From: Xanthobacteraceae bacterium
GTDB lineage: Bacteria > Pseudomonadota > Alphaproteobacteria > Rhizobiales > Xanthobacteraceae
DNA: 64,000 nucleotides
Assembly (NCBI GenBank): GCA_036845025.1
Contig: DAIUEQ010000002.1
Location: 5,409 to 69,408 of the forward strand
Reading direction: 5' to 3'
Below the pieces are notes generated by a model. It was not told the origin of the DNA, searched no databases, and worked only from the letters and a program-made list of their open reading frames with translations. Shown one piece after another: positions 43,989 to 54,325 of the stretch; position 1 is the first letter of the stretch; the number at the start of each line of letters is the position of its first letter. The translations under genes and the position numbers were made by a program.

Positions 43989-44029
43989 CGGCTCAGCTTA
44001 CGCCCACCTTGCTGATTTTTCATCCAGAT

Positions 44030-45328
<1,299 letters not shown>

Positions 45329-45586
45329 TTAGTCCAGGAGACCTGTGAACGCTCGACTTTGCGCGGAGACTGGCGGCTGCCGTTGACTCGGATAATGGAT
45401 GATCCGCGCCGAAGCAAGGCGGAACGGCGCCCGCCGTTCGTGAAAAATTCGTCCAAATAATTGATATTACATCGAATTTACCGTGACAACGGGAAGTCGG
45501 CGCACCAAACCCTCCGCCGAGTGCTCGTCGATCGCCTCACGGCGTGCGGGGGTTGGCTCGCGACGCTTGCTCAGGCGGCCACCCGA

Positions 45587-47176
45587 TCAAAAGTGCAACG
45601 GCTTCACCTGCTGGACGTTTGGAATCTCTTGGACCCTGGCCAGAACCTCGGGTGGGACCAAGGCATCGACTTCAACAAGCGCGATGGCGTTGCCGCCTTC
45701 TGATTCGCGCCCGAGATGGAAAGTCGCGATATTGATTCCTGCACCGGCGAGCAGCGTCGCGAATCGTCCTACGAAACCGGGTTTGTCCTGATTGGTCACG
45801 TAAAGCATCGACGGACCGAATTCTGCGTCGATGCGGATACCCTTGATGTTGACGATGCGCGGCCGCCCGTCGGCATAGACAGTGCCCGAGACCCAGCGCG
45901 TCTGCCGGTCGGTAACCACCTCGACAGTGATGAGGCTTTCATAGTCACCTTCGATGTCGCGGCGCGTCTCTTCGACGACTATTCCACGATCCTTGGCGAC
46001 AATTGGCGCCGACACGACATTGATATCTTGCAGCATGGGACGAAGCAGGCCGGCGACCGCAGCAGACGTGAGCGCCCGGGTATTCATTTGGGCAACGAAA
46101 CCCTCATAGGACACTTGCACGCGCAAAATTCCGGTTTCGGTCAGCTGACCCGCGAACGAGCCGAGCTTTTCGGCCAGCGCAATGAAAGGCTTTAGCTTCG
46201 GTGCTTCTTCGGCGCTGATCGAAGGGAAATTGACGGCGTTCGTGATAGCGCCTCGTATCAGATAGTCCGACATCTGTTCGGCAACCTGGAGCGCCACGTT
46301 TTCCTGGGCTTCGCTTGTCGAAGCGCCAAGATGCGGCGTGCAGACGACGTTGGGCAACGCGAACAACGGACTATCCGTCGCCGGCTCGTTGACGAAAACA
46401 TCGAGCGCGGCGCCCGCGACATGGCCGGATTTAAGCGCCACAAACAAAGCGGTTTCGTCGATCAGTCCGCCGCGCGCGCAATTGATCAGCCGAACGCCCT
46501 TCTTCGTCAGCGCCAGACTGTCGGCGCTGATGATGTTGCGGGTCTTCTCGGTGAGCGGAGTATGCAGGGTCACGAAATCAGCGCGCTGTAACAGTTCCTC
46601 CAGGCTTACTTTCTCTACGCCAAGATCAACCGCTCGCTCGGCGGAGAGATATGGATCGTAGGCAACGACCTTCATCTTCATGCCGAGCGCGCGATCGGCG
46701 ACAATCGCGCCAATATTGCCGCAGCCAATGACCCCCAGCGTTTTGCCGAAAATCTCCACGCCGAGAAATTTGTTTTTCTCCCACTTGCCGGCACGTGTGG
46801 AGGCGTCGGCTTCGGGGATTTGCCGCGCCAGCGCCAACATCAAAGAGACGGCGTGTTCGGCCGTTGTTATCGAATTGCCGAACGGCGTGTTCATCACAAT
46901 AATGCCGCGCGCGGTCGCCGCCGGGACATCGACGTTGTCGACGCCAATCCCGGCGCGCCCGATGACCTTCAGGCTGCGCGCGCTTTCGAGCAATTTGGCG
47001 GTGACTTTGGTTGTCGAGCGGATCGCCAACCCGTCGAAGCCGTCGATTGTTGCGGCAAGTTTCTCTTTGTCCTTGCCGAGGCTCGGCGCGAATTCCACGG
47101 TCACGCCGCGATCCTTGAAGATCGCGACCGCCGCCGACGAAAGCGCGTCAGAAATGAGAACCCGGGGAGATGTCAT
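45587..47176 (-). CDS. serA: D-3-phosphoglycerate dehydrogenase (long form with ASB and ACT domains)
   Basis: 529 aa with the NAD motif GVIGCGNIGAIVA and catalytic-region blocks. A C-terminal ACT-like domain is present. Confidence 0.95.
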   Translation of the reverse strand: MTSPRVLISDALSSAAVAIFKDRGVTVEFAPSLGKDKEKLAATIDGFDGLAIRSTTKVTAKLLESARSLKVIGRAGIGVDNVDVPAATARGIIVMNTPFGNSITTAEHAVSLMLALARQIPEADASTRAGKWEKNKFLGVEIFGKTLGVIGCGNIGAIVADRALGMKMKVVAYDPYLSAERAVDLGVEKVSLEELLQRADFVTLHTPLTEKTRNIISADSLALTKKGVRLINCARGGLIDETALFVALKSGHVAGAALDVFVNEPATDSPLFALPNVVCTPHLGASTSEAQENVALQVAEQMSDYLIRGAITNAVNFPSISAEEAPKLKPFIALAEKLGSFAGQLTETGILRVQVSYEGFVAQMNTRALTSAAVAGLLRPMLQDINVVSAPIVAKDRGIVVEETRRDIEGDYESLITVEVVTDRQTRWVSGTVYADGRPRIVNIKGIRIDAEFGPSMLYVTNQDKPGFVGRFATLLAGAGINIATFHLGRESEGGNAIALVEVDALVPPEVLARVQEIPNVQQVKPLHF

Positions 47177-47182
47177 CTTGTT

Positions 47183-48352
47183 CTACGCCGCTTGCGCGAG
47201 CCCATCTTTCGTCTTGGCGTATGCCCAATCGAGCCAGGGCGTGAGTGCTTCGAGATCGCCGCGCTCTACCGTCGACCCACACCAGATGCGCAAGCCGGGT
47301 GGCGCGTCGCGATAGGCGGCGATGTCGTAAGCAACGCCCTCGTCCTCAAGCGCCGCCGCCATGGTCTTGGCGAAGGCCACTTGCGCCTCCTGGCTCAGTC
47401 GGCTCACTGCCGGATCGACGAATTTGAGGCACACCGACGTGTTGGAGCGCACCGCCGTATCGCGCGCGAGAAAGTCGACCCAGGCGCTGCGCGCGACCCA
47501 ATCGGTAATCACCGCGGTGTTGGCGTCGGCTCGCGCGCGCAGCGCAGGAAGCCCGCCGGCGCGTTTCGCCCATTCCAACGTGTCGAGATAATCTTCGACG
47601 CAAAGCATCGACGGCGTGTTGACGGTTTCGCCCTGGAATATGCCTTCGATCAGCGCGCCGCCTTTCGTCATCCGAAAGATTTTCGGCATCGGCCACGGCG
47701 GCGAATAGCTTTCCAGGCGCGCCACGGCGCGGGGTGAGAGAATAAGCATGCCATGCGCGGCCTCGCCGCCCAGCGCCTTCTGCCAGGAGAAAGTGCATAC
47801 GTCGAGTTTCGGCCAATCGAGTGCCTGGGCGAAGGCGGCGGAGGTCGCGTCGCAGATGCTGAGGCCGCTGCGATTGGCGGCAATCCAATCGGCATTGGGA
47901 ACACGCACGCCCGAAGTAGTGCCGTTCCAGGTAAACACGACGTCGCTTGCAGGATCGATTTTGCTGAGGTCGGGAAGGTCGCCGTAATCGGCCTTGAGCA
48001 GAGTTACGTTCTTGAGTTTCAGTTGCTTAGCAACGTCGCTGACCCAGCCCTCGCCGAACGATTCCCACGCCAGCATAGTGACCGGATTCGGTCCAAGCAG
48101 CGACCACAACGCCATCTCGACGGCGCCGGTATCGGAAGCCGGCACAATGCCAATGCGATAGTCAGCCGGAACTTGAAGAACTTCGCGGGTGAGATCGATG
48201 GCGCGCTTGAGCTTCGCCTTGCCGGGTTTTGAGCGGTGCGAGCGTCCGAGAAAGGCGCCGCTGAGGGCTTGTAAGCTCCAGCCCGGCCGCTTAGCGCAAG
48301 GTCCGGACGAAAAATGCGGCACTTTCGGCCGCACGGTCGGCATCGGCGTCAT
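47183..48352 (-). CDS. serC: Phosphoserine aminotransferase
   Basis: Start is at ATG 48352 ([25 protein letters not shown]). The gene is 6 nt upstream of serA. The PLP-lysine region [10 protein letters not shown] is present. Confidence 0.9.
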   Translation of the reverse strand: MTPMPTVRPKVPHFSSGPCAKRPGWSLQALSGAFLGRSHRSKPGKAKLKRAIDLTREVLQVPADYRIGIVPASDTGAVEMALWSLLGPNPVTMLAWESFGEGWVSDVAKQLKLKNVTLLKADYGDLPDLSKIDPASDVVFTWNGTTSGVRVPNADWIAANRSGLSICDATSAAFAQALDWPKLDVCTFSWQKALGGEAAHGMLILSPRAVARLESYSPPWPMPKIFRMTKGGALIEGIFQGETVNTPSMLCVEDYLDTLEWAKRAGGLPALRARADANTAVITDWVARSAWVDFLARDTAVRSNTSVCLKFVDPAVSRLSQEAQVAFAKTMAAALEDEGVAYDIAAYRDAPPGLRIWCGSTVERGDLEALTPWLDWAYAKTKDGLAQAA

Positions 48353-48467
48353 GGGTCTATCCTTCCAGATAGGCGCCCCTCGTTGGGGAGGGGTGTCCCG
48401 ACGCCGCAAATAGGGAAACCAGCCGATCGCGTCAAGTCAGATCGTCAAAGACCACCAACAAACGTTT

Positions 48468-48500
48468 GACGGCGCAAGGCTGCTTCGCAGCCGCGCCGTC
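48468..48500 (-). terminator. Probable terminator hairpin after the OMP gene
   Basis: The outer stem is gacggcgc/gcgccgtc and the inner stem is ggctgc/gcagcc. On the minus strand it is followed by aaacgtttgtt, a weak U-tract. Confidence 0.45.
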
Positions 48501-48532
48501 TATCCTATCTCGGGATGGCGATTGGCTCGGTT

Positions 48533-49375
48533 TTAGAATCTGTATCCCGCGCCGACCCGCGCCATGGCCGCCGTCAGCGTCGTACTGTGGGGCAAAATGA
48601 ACTGATCGAGTACTAATTCGACGCGCGCGAAGACGTTTGGCGTGAGCGCCACGTCCACGCCGCCACCCACGGTATATCCGTAAAGGACATCGTCATTGTG
48701 CACGGTACTGCCGGAATAGAAGTAGGGAATGCAAGGCGCGGCCGCCGTGCAGGTGCCGATGGTGCCCGAAGTGTACTCCGTTCCGGAAATTGTGGCGCTT
48801 ATCGAAGTGTTTGCCAGACCGAAGGCGACGCCGGCAAAGCCATAGGGCATGAAATTGCCGGCGACATAACCGGCTCGCGCTTTGAATGTCATGAAACCCA
48901 TCGTGTCGACGTTGCCGGCGCCGGTCATATTGACGGTATAGGCGTTGCCCGTGGCATCGGCGGCAGTCGATCGGCTGATGGGATTGTTGGGCGACACAAG
49001 TTTGAATGCGGCGCTCTCCAAATTGGCTTCGACGCCAAAGACCACCTCTTCAAACTGCGTATTGTAACCGATGAAGCCGCCGAATTGCGGCGCACCGATG
49101 GTGCTGGTGCCGAGAATCGGCCACTGTGAGGGAGCGATGCTATTTTGCAGATCGGTTTCCCGGAGCACGTAAGCGATGATCGACGAAGTCGATCCGCTGA
49201 AATCGGTGGAGGCCCAACCATAGCCGACCTGGCCGCCGACATAGAAGCCGCTCCAGCGCGAGTATGTCCCGGGGCCGACCGTGTCGGACCCACGCAGGAA
49301 ATCGTAGCCAGGATCGGCGGCCGCCGCCGGCGAGGCGAGACCAAATAGGATCAGTGCATAAACGATCCGACGCAT
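48533..49375 (-). CDS. Outer-membrane beta-barrel protein (Omp25/Omp31/RopB-like porin family)
   Basis: Start is at ATG 49375, preceded by AAGGGG. It has a signal peptide (ILFGLASPAAAAD), alternating beta-strand pattern, and C-terminal ..RVGAGYRF. Confidence 0.7.
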   Translation of the reverse strand: MRRIVYALILFGLASPAAAADPGYDFLRGSDTVGPGTYSRWSGFYVGGQVGYGWASTDFSGSTSSIIAYVLRETDLQNSIAPSQWPILGTSTIGAPQFGGFIGYNTQFEEVVFGVEANLESAAFKLVSPNNPISRSTAADATGNAYTVNMTGAGNVDTMGFMTFKARAGYVAGNFMPYGFAGVAFGLANTSISATISGTEYTSGTIGTCTAAAPCIPYFYSGSTVHNDDVLYGYTVGGGVDVALTPNVFARVELVLDQFILPHSTTLTAAMARVGAGYRF

Positions 49376-49495
49376 CAGCCGCCCCTTCATTCCTCTTCGT
49401 CAGGCGGCGATCATCATTAAGCATTAACCTTAATGGATCGTTAGCTTCGGAAATTTCCGGCCTCAGATCGAAAAAAGTCAGCCGGGTTTTGCCGA

Positions 49496-49510
49496 TTAAG
49501 TGTCCTTTAA
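49496..49510 (+). promoter_or_regulatory. CtrA-box-like motif TTAA-N7-TTAA upstream of the OMP gene
   Basis: ttaa (49496-99), then gtgtcct, then ttaa (49507-10), 75-90 nt upstream of ATG 49585. The intergenic region is AT-rich, so a chance match is plausible. Confidence 0.25.
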
Positions 49511-49584
49511 GCGTTATCTGAAATGCTTCGTTAGCCTTAACAGCCGCATGCGCTCCGCTGCTGCTGAGCTAACGAGGACGTAAT

Positions 49585-50403
49585 ATGCTTAAAGTGATAG
49601 TAACGGCCGTTTTCGCAGCAGCCGTGCCGTTCGCGAGTGCTCTTGCTGCTGACATGCCAGTGCCGGTCATGCCGGCGCCGGTCGAGCCCGTTTCGAGCTG
49701 GTATCTTCGCGGCGACGTTGGAGTCGGCGCCATGCACGCCGACGGGGTCACCTATCTTCCCAATCCGAACAACAATCCCAGTGACTTCACCATCCAATCG
49801 GTCGGGATAGGCGATCAATCCTTCCTCAATGCCGGCATCGGCTATGAGGTCAATAACTGGCTGCGCTTAGACGTGACCGGTGAGTATCGGACCAAAGCGG
49901 CCTTCAACTTTTGGGGCGGCTACACGACTGCCTGTCCGAACCCGTTTGCCCAGTGCCTCGACGTCTACAACGGTTACATCAGCTCGCTGGTGTTTCTGGC
50001 CAACGCCTACATTGATATCGGTACCTGGTATGGCTTGACGCCCTTCATCGGCGCCGGCGTCGGCACCGCGGGCAATCAAATGTCCGGCTTCTCGGACGTC
50101 GGTATTCCGACCGGCGGCTCGGGCGTCGGCCCGACGGTCACTCAGTGGAACTTGGCCTGGGCCATCCACGCCGGCTTGAGCTACGCGGTGACCGAGAACC
50201 TCAAGCTCGAACTCGCCTATCGCTACCTCAACATGGGCAATGTGGAAGGGCCGATCAATTGCACCGGCGGCTGCAATCCCGACAGCTACAAGTGGCGTAA
50301 TCTCAGCGCGCAGGACGTCATGATCGGCTTCCGCTGGATGTTCAACGGGCCGACATTTGCCGGCCCGCCGCCGCCCGCTCCGCCGCTGCCGGCGCGCGGC
50401 TAG
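49585..50403 (+). CDS. Outer-membrane beta-barrel protein (Omp25/Omp31/RopB-like porin family)
   Basis: 272 aa with a signal peptide (AVFAAAVPFASALAAD) and beta-barrel-like repeats (WYLRGDVGVG, LKLELAYRYLNMG). The C-terminus is Pro-rich. Confidence 0.75.
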   Translation: MLKVIVTAVFAAAVPFASALAADMPVPVMPAPVEPVSSWYLRGDVGVGAMHADGVTYLPNPNNNPSDFTIQSVGIGDQSFLNAGIGYEVNNWLRLDVTGEYRTKAAFNFWGGYTTACPNPFAQCLDVYNGYISSLVFLANAYIDIGTWYGLTPFIGAGVGTAGNQMSGFSDVGIPTGGSGVGPTVTQWNLAWAIHAGLSYAVTENLKLELAYRYLNMGNVEGPINCTGGCNPDSYKWRNLSAQDVMIGFRWMFNGPTFAGPPPPAPPLPARG

Positions 50404-50441
50404 CACTTAAGAGAACGTTAGCTCCCAAAAGGCAGACTGAA

Positions 50442-50471
50442 TTCGCCGGCGATCGAAAGGTCGCCGGCGAA
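50442..50471 (+). terminator. Terminator-like hairpin after the OMP gene
   Basis: Perfect 11-bp stem ttcgccggcga / tcgccggcgaa with an 8-nt loop, 39 nt after the stop. The U-tract is weak (gccgcgtttgt). Confidence 0.55.
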
Positions 50472-50531
50472 GCCGCGTTTGTCACCAGCGCCAGCGATTT
50501 CCATCACGCCGCGTGCGGCCTGAGTTGAGTA

Positions 50532-51815
50532 ATGCGTTATTCGCCGGAACCGCAGCGCCTGCCGTCGGCTTCCCGACCGGCCGGCTCTCCCCGCGCTGTC
50601 TCACGCCGCAACGCCGGCTTTTTCGCCGCTGGTGGGCGATTACGCAACGCGGTCTTCCTCCTTGGCGTCATCGCCATCAACTATACGTGGTCGAGGCCTT
50701 CGCCGGTCGATGGAATCTTTCTTTGCGCGCTGTCGCTCACGCTGTTTTCCGAGCAGCGCCTCAACATACGCAATCTGATCTTTTTCCTTCTGGTCGGGAC
50801 GTGGCTGTTCTCGGTGTTCGTTTCGTCCGTCTCCTTGATCGACAATCCGCTGGTGGTGTTCCAGTTCGTCGCTTTGACTTCGGTGGTGTCGATCGGCGTC
50901 ACCAGTTCTCTGGTCTCCAACGGGTGGGGCAGGGCCGAGCTGGAACGTTTCATCACAGTCTACGTGTTCGCCAACGTCATCGCCGCGATCGTTGGCGTTT
51001 ATGGGTTCGTCAGCCAAAATCCGTCATTGACCTGGGCCGGCCGACCGACCGGTTTCCTCGACGACCCCGACATGTTCGGCGTTTTCCTCATTCCCGGCAT
51101 TCTCGGATCGCTGTACATGATCGCGCAAAAGCGCAGCCGCTATTGGTATGCCGGCGCGCTGGCGCTTCTTTCCATCGCGCTGTTACTGTCGTTTTCCCGG
51201 GCTGCGATTGTCTCTGCGCTGCTGTTCGGTGGCGCAAGCTTTCTCTATTTCAATCGCCGCAATCTGTTCAAAGCGTCGCTCGTCGCATTCGTCGTCGTGC
51301 TGGTGCTGTCGGTGCCTTGTTTATTCTTATACCTCACGAACGACACGTTCGCGGAAATGCTTACCGGCCGCTTCAAGATTGCCGAAGAGTATGACCTTGG
51401 CTATTTCGGTCGTTACAACAGATACCTGTTGTCTGTTCCGCTGATATTGGATCACCCGCTGGGGCTTGGTCTGTTTGAAATCGATAAGATCTTTCCTGAG
51501 CCGATTCACAATATCTGGATTAGTTCGTTCCTTAATTACGGCTGGCTTGCCGGTTTTGCGTGGACGCTGCTGATGATTCTTTCGGTGCAGCAGGCTTGGT
51601 ACAACTGGAAGCGGTCAGGTGACGAGTTGTTCCTGCTTATTCTGTTCTGCTGGCTCTCGGTAATGTCGTGCGCGATGCTGCATCAAGCAGAACGGTGGCG
51701 GTTCCTGTGGCTTTTCACCGGGATGCTGTGGGGCCTCAACTACCGCAACTTCATGCCGGTTTCGCGTCAAGCGCCCGCGTTGGAAGAGCAGCCGCTCTAC
51801 CGCGAAGCGGCCTGA
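50532..51815 (+). CDS. O-antigen ligase/polymerase-like (Wzy_C) polytopic membrane protein
   Basis: 427 aa with ~11 hydrophobic segments. It has a Wzy_C-like SxSR motif region (LLLSFSRAAIVSALLFGG) and later HN..W (EPIHNIWISSFLNYGW). Third codon positions look visibly more A/T-rich than in neighbouring genes (not quantified). Confidence 0.65.
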   Translation: MRYSPEPQRLPSASRPAGSPRAVSRRNAGFFAAGGRLRNAVFLLGVIAINYTWSRPSPVDGIFLCALSLTLFSEQRLNIRNLIFFLLVGTWLFSVFVSSVSLIDNPLVVFQFVALTSVVSIGVTSSLVSNGWGRAELERFITVYVFANVIAAIVGVYGFVSQNPSLTWAGRPTGFLDDPDMFGVFLIPGILGSLYMIAQKRSRYWYAGALALLSIALLLSFSRAAIVSALLFGGASFLYFNRRNLFKASLVAFVVVLVLSVPCLFLYLTNDTFAEMLTGRFKIAEEYDLGYFGRYNRYLLSVPLILDHPLGLGLFEIDKIFPEPIHNIWISSFLNYGWLAGFAWTLLMILSVQQAWYNWKRSGDELFLLILFCWLSVMSCAMLHQAERWRFLWLFTGMLWGLNYRNFMPVSRQAPALEEQPLYREAA

Positions 51816-51821
51816 AGATCC

Positions 51822-53270
51822 TTGAATCCCGCCGCGGCATTCGCACGCGTTCTCGGCAGCTACCGGATGCTTGTCGTTGCGGTTTTGTCATTGTCATCGA
51901 CTAGTGTCGGCACGAGCGCGCTCGGTAACGACATTTGCGCCGCATGCATCGAAGTGCGCGTTGAATATCCGCACGTGGTGCGAGGGCCGTCGCGACACGA
52001 ACCCGATGCGCCGGTAAGCCTCATTGAACTTCCGGACGGCCATTTTCGTGCCTTCGCCGCCAACGGCACGACGGTGGCAATCGACGGCGCCACGCCATTC
52101 GATTTGGGCGGGCGCGCAAAGGCGGTAATGACGCCAGGGCCCCCAGGAAGTCCGGCGGAATGCGGCAACTGGCTGACAACGGTACTGCGAAGCGCGGGAG
52201 GGCTGTACGGCCTCATTCACAACGAAGCGCATTGCGACTATCGCCACGGCGAAACCTACAAGTCGATGTCGCTAGCGCGGTCCGCGGACGATGGCCTGAC
52301 TTGGGACATGCTCGGTCAAGTCATCACCGGCACGGAAGGGCCGGTGCCCGGACGGGAAAGCGGCGAAGGCGATTGCACGGCCGCCGACGGCCATGATGGG
52401 TTTTGGTACGCGTATTGTCAGCGGCTGAGCGATTGGAAAAATTTCGCCGCCAGAGCGAAAAGCAGCGATCCCCTTCCGGGAAAGTGGATGAAATGGAGCG
52501 GCAGTGGCTGGGATTCGCCGGCGCTTGGCGGCAGCGCGGCGCCGCTCGACGGCTCGATCGGCATGAGCGCCGCCTACTGGACGAACGCCAATGGCATGCT
52601 GGTTATGGCCGCCGCTTCGGCGCTGCGATTATCGATCTCAGCCGACAAGGTTCATTTCGCCACGCTTGCCGAGCCGGTCATTCTGTACGACGACAACGAT
52701 TGGAAACGGCCGGCACCGACCGATCTCTATGCCTATCCGAGCATGATCGGCGAACACGGGTTTAACGATATCGGCCCGCGTTTCTTTCTGGCCTACACCT
52801 ACATTCCGCCCGGGGCCGACTTCACGCAGCGATACCTGGTGATGCACGAGGCGCGGATCGAACTTTCAAGCGCGCCGCAACACCCTCAGGTGCGCGTCGC
52901 TCTCTCGCGATGGAAAAACGAAGAAGGCCTCACCTGGGCAACTGCAGGTCCGCCAATTTTTGCGGGTGCCTCGTTCAATTACGATCTCCCGCTGGGTTAC
53001 GTGATGACGGCGCCGCCGCCGCTTCCAAGCGTCAAACTCGACGAATGCTTCTCGCCGCGCTGGGGCGGTTTTCTCGCCGCAGCAGGCGGCTGCGCCGCCC
53101 AGGGCAGCGAACGGCGTCGCGTCGCCGGCTATGTATTTCGTTCCGAGCAGCCGGGCACAATGCCGATCTATAGCTGCCTGTCGCAGCGTTACGTGCGCTT
53201 TACGTCCGGCCGCTCCGATTGCGACGGCGCCGGCACACGTGATCGCTTACTCGGCTTCGTCCTTCGCTGA
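51822..53270 (+). CDS. Secreted Cys-rich protein with a BNR/Asp-box motif, unknown function
   Basis: TTG 51822 lies 6 nt after the upstream stop, and ATG 51867 is an alternative start. It has a hydrophobic N-terminus (MLVVAVLSLSSTSVGTSALG) and one clear Asp-box S-x-D-x-G-x-T-W (SADDGLTWD). Confidence 0.55.
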   Translation: MNPAAAFARVLGSYRMLVVAVLSLSSTSVGTSALGNDICAACIEVRVEYPHVVRGPSRHEPDAPVSLIELPDGHFRAFAANGTTVAIDGATPFDLGGRAKAVMTPGPPGSPAECGNWLTTVLRSAGGLYGLIHNEAHCDYRHGETYKSMSLARSADDGLTWDMLGQVITGTEGPVPGRESGEGDCTAADGHDGFWYAYCQRLSDWKNFAARAKSSDPLPGKWMKWSGSGWDSPALGGSAAPLDGSIGMSAAYWTNANGMLVMAAASALRLSISADKVHFATLAEPVILYDDNDWKRPAPTDLYAYPSMIGEHGFNDIGPRFFLAYTYIPPGADFTQRYLVMHEARIELSSAPQHPQVRVALSRWKNEEGLTWATAGPPIFAGASFNYDLPLGYVMTAPPPLPSVKLDECFSPRWGGFLAAAGGCAAQGSERRRVAGYVFRSEQPGTMPIYSCLSQRYVRFTSGRSDCDGAGTRDRLLGFVLR

Positions 53271-53288
53271 AGGCTAGGGCGCGATCGT

Positions 53289-53780
53289 TCAGTCGTGGTC
53301 GTCGTCGTCGAGTTTGCCGATGTGATGCTGGGCGTACAATTCCGCTCCCAGCTTGGCGACGAGATCGAGCTGTGTTTCGAGGAAGTCGATGTGCTCCTCT
53401 TCGTCGTGCATCAGCTTTTCAAAGAGATCGCGCGAGACATAATCCTTGACCGAATGGCAGTGCGTAGCGGCTTCTTCGTAAAGCGCGCGCGCGTGCAACT
53501 CCGCCTGTAGGTCGCACTCGAGCACTTCCGTGACTGACTGGCCGATGTGCAGGGGATCGAGGACCTGCATGTTGGGAAAACCGTCGAGGAAGATGATGCG
53601 CTCGATCAGCTTATCGGCGTGTTCCATCTCCTCAATGGATTCTTTGCGCCATTTCTTGGCGAGCGACTTGTAGCCCCAATTGTCGAGCAGCCGATAATGC
53701 AGCCAGTATTGATTAACCGCCGTGAGCTCGTGCCGGAGACCCTTGTTAAGATAATCGACGACTCCGGGATCGCCTCGCAT
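53289..53780 (-). CDS. bfr: Bacterioferritin
   Basis: Start is at ATG 53780 ([30 protein letters not shown]). Ferroxidase ligand blocks [13 protein letters not shown] and [12 protein letters not shown] are present. Confidence 0.9.
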   Translation of the reverse strand: MRGDPGVVDYLNKGLRHELTAVNQYWLHYRLLDNWGYKSLAKKWRKESIEEMEHADKLIERIIFLDGFPNMQVLDPLHIGQSVTEVLECDLQAELHARALYEEAATHCHSVKDYVSRDLFEKLMHDEEEHIDFLETQLDLVAKLGAELYAQHHIGKLDDDDHD

Positions 53781-53891
53781 GTAATGCTCCTCCAGCCGCA
53801 ACCGCCGCGGCGCGGCGATTATAGCCGGTGCTGCCACCGCGCGAAAAGGCGCTAGCGCCCAGCGTACCGCGTTAAATGTGAAGGAAAATGG

Positions 53892-54140
53892 TCAGAAATC
53901 GCCGCCGGCTCCGCAGCAGCCGGAATTTGCGGCGCAGCCGGAGCTTTCAGGGCAGCCGGAATTTTCGGTGGCGAGCGCCTCATCCATGATGCGGCGAATG
54001 GTTCTGGCGCATCTTCCGCATTGCGGGCTGCAGCCCAGGCAACCATACACTTGGCCCGCGGTACGCGGTGCTACAGCATTGCCGGCGAGCGTCCCGCGGA
54101 CGTCGTGGTCGCTCAGCACGTTACAGGAACAGACAATCAT
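53892..54140 (-). CDS. bfd: Bacterioferritin-associated ferredoxin (Bfd-type [2Fe-2S]) with a Cys-rich C-terminal tail
   Basis: Start is at ATG 54140 (MIVCSCNVLSD..). It has the Bfd cluster motif C-x-C ... C-x2-C (CSC, CLGC/CGRC). The tail ENSGCPESSGCAANSGCCGAGGDF adds 4 more Cys. Confidence 0.8.
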   Translation of the reverse strand: MIVCSCNVLSDHDVRGTLAGNAVAPRTAGQVYGCLGCSPQCGRCARTIRRIMDEALATENSGCPESSGCAANSGCCGAGGDF

Positions 54141-54223
54141 AGCTGGCCGCGGCGGATTGGTATCAATTGCAACTATCATTATTTAGGTCCAGCGAAAGTT
54201 GATTTCAATCAAAATCGCATCTC

Positions 54224-54240
54224 TTTGGAGAGATTCTAAC
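54224..54240 (-). promoter_or_regulatory. Irr-type iron control element (ICE)-like box upstream of bfd-bfr
   Basis: TTTGGAG-AGA-TTCTAAC versus consensus TTTAGAA-N3-TTCTAAA matches 11 of 14 specified positions. It lies 84-100 nt upstream of the bfd ATG. Confidence 0.45.
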
Positions 54241-54325
54241 GTTGAGGCTTAAGGATTTCTTTTGATCACAACGCAGGTGATGGCCGACGCCCGCGCGGCG
54301 ACAAATTCGACTGACTCGCCAAAGC

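Noticed and set aside
45422-45439. Palindrome gaacggc-gccc-gccgttc between serA and purA as a terminator
   Set aside because: There is no U-tract on either strand and the stem is short. It is not convincing as a terminator or operator.
46820-47737. 305-aa plus-strand ORF crossing the serA/serC junction
   Set aside because: It is antisense to two highly conserved genes and is Arg-rich.
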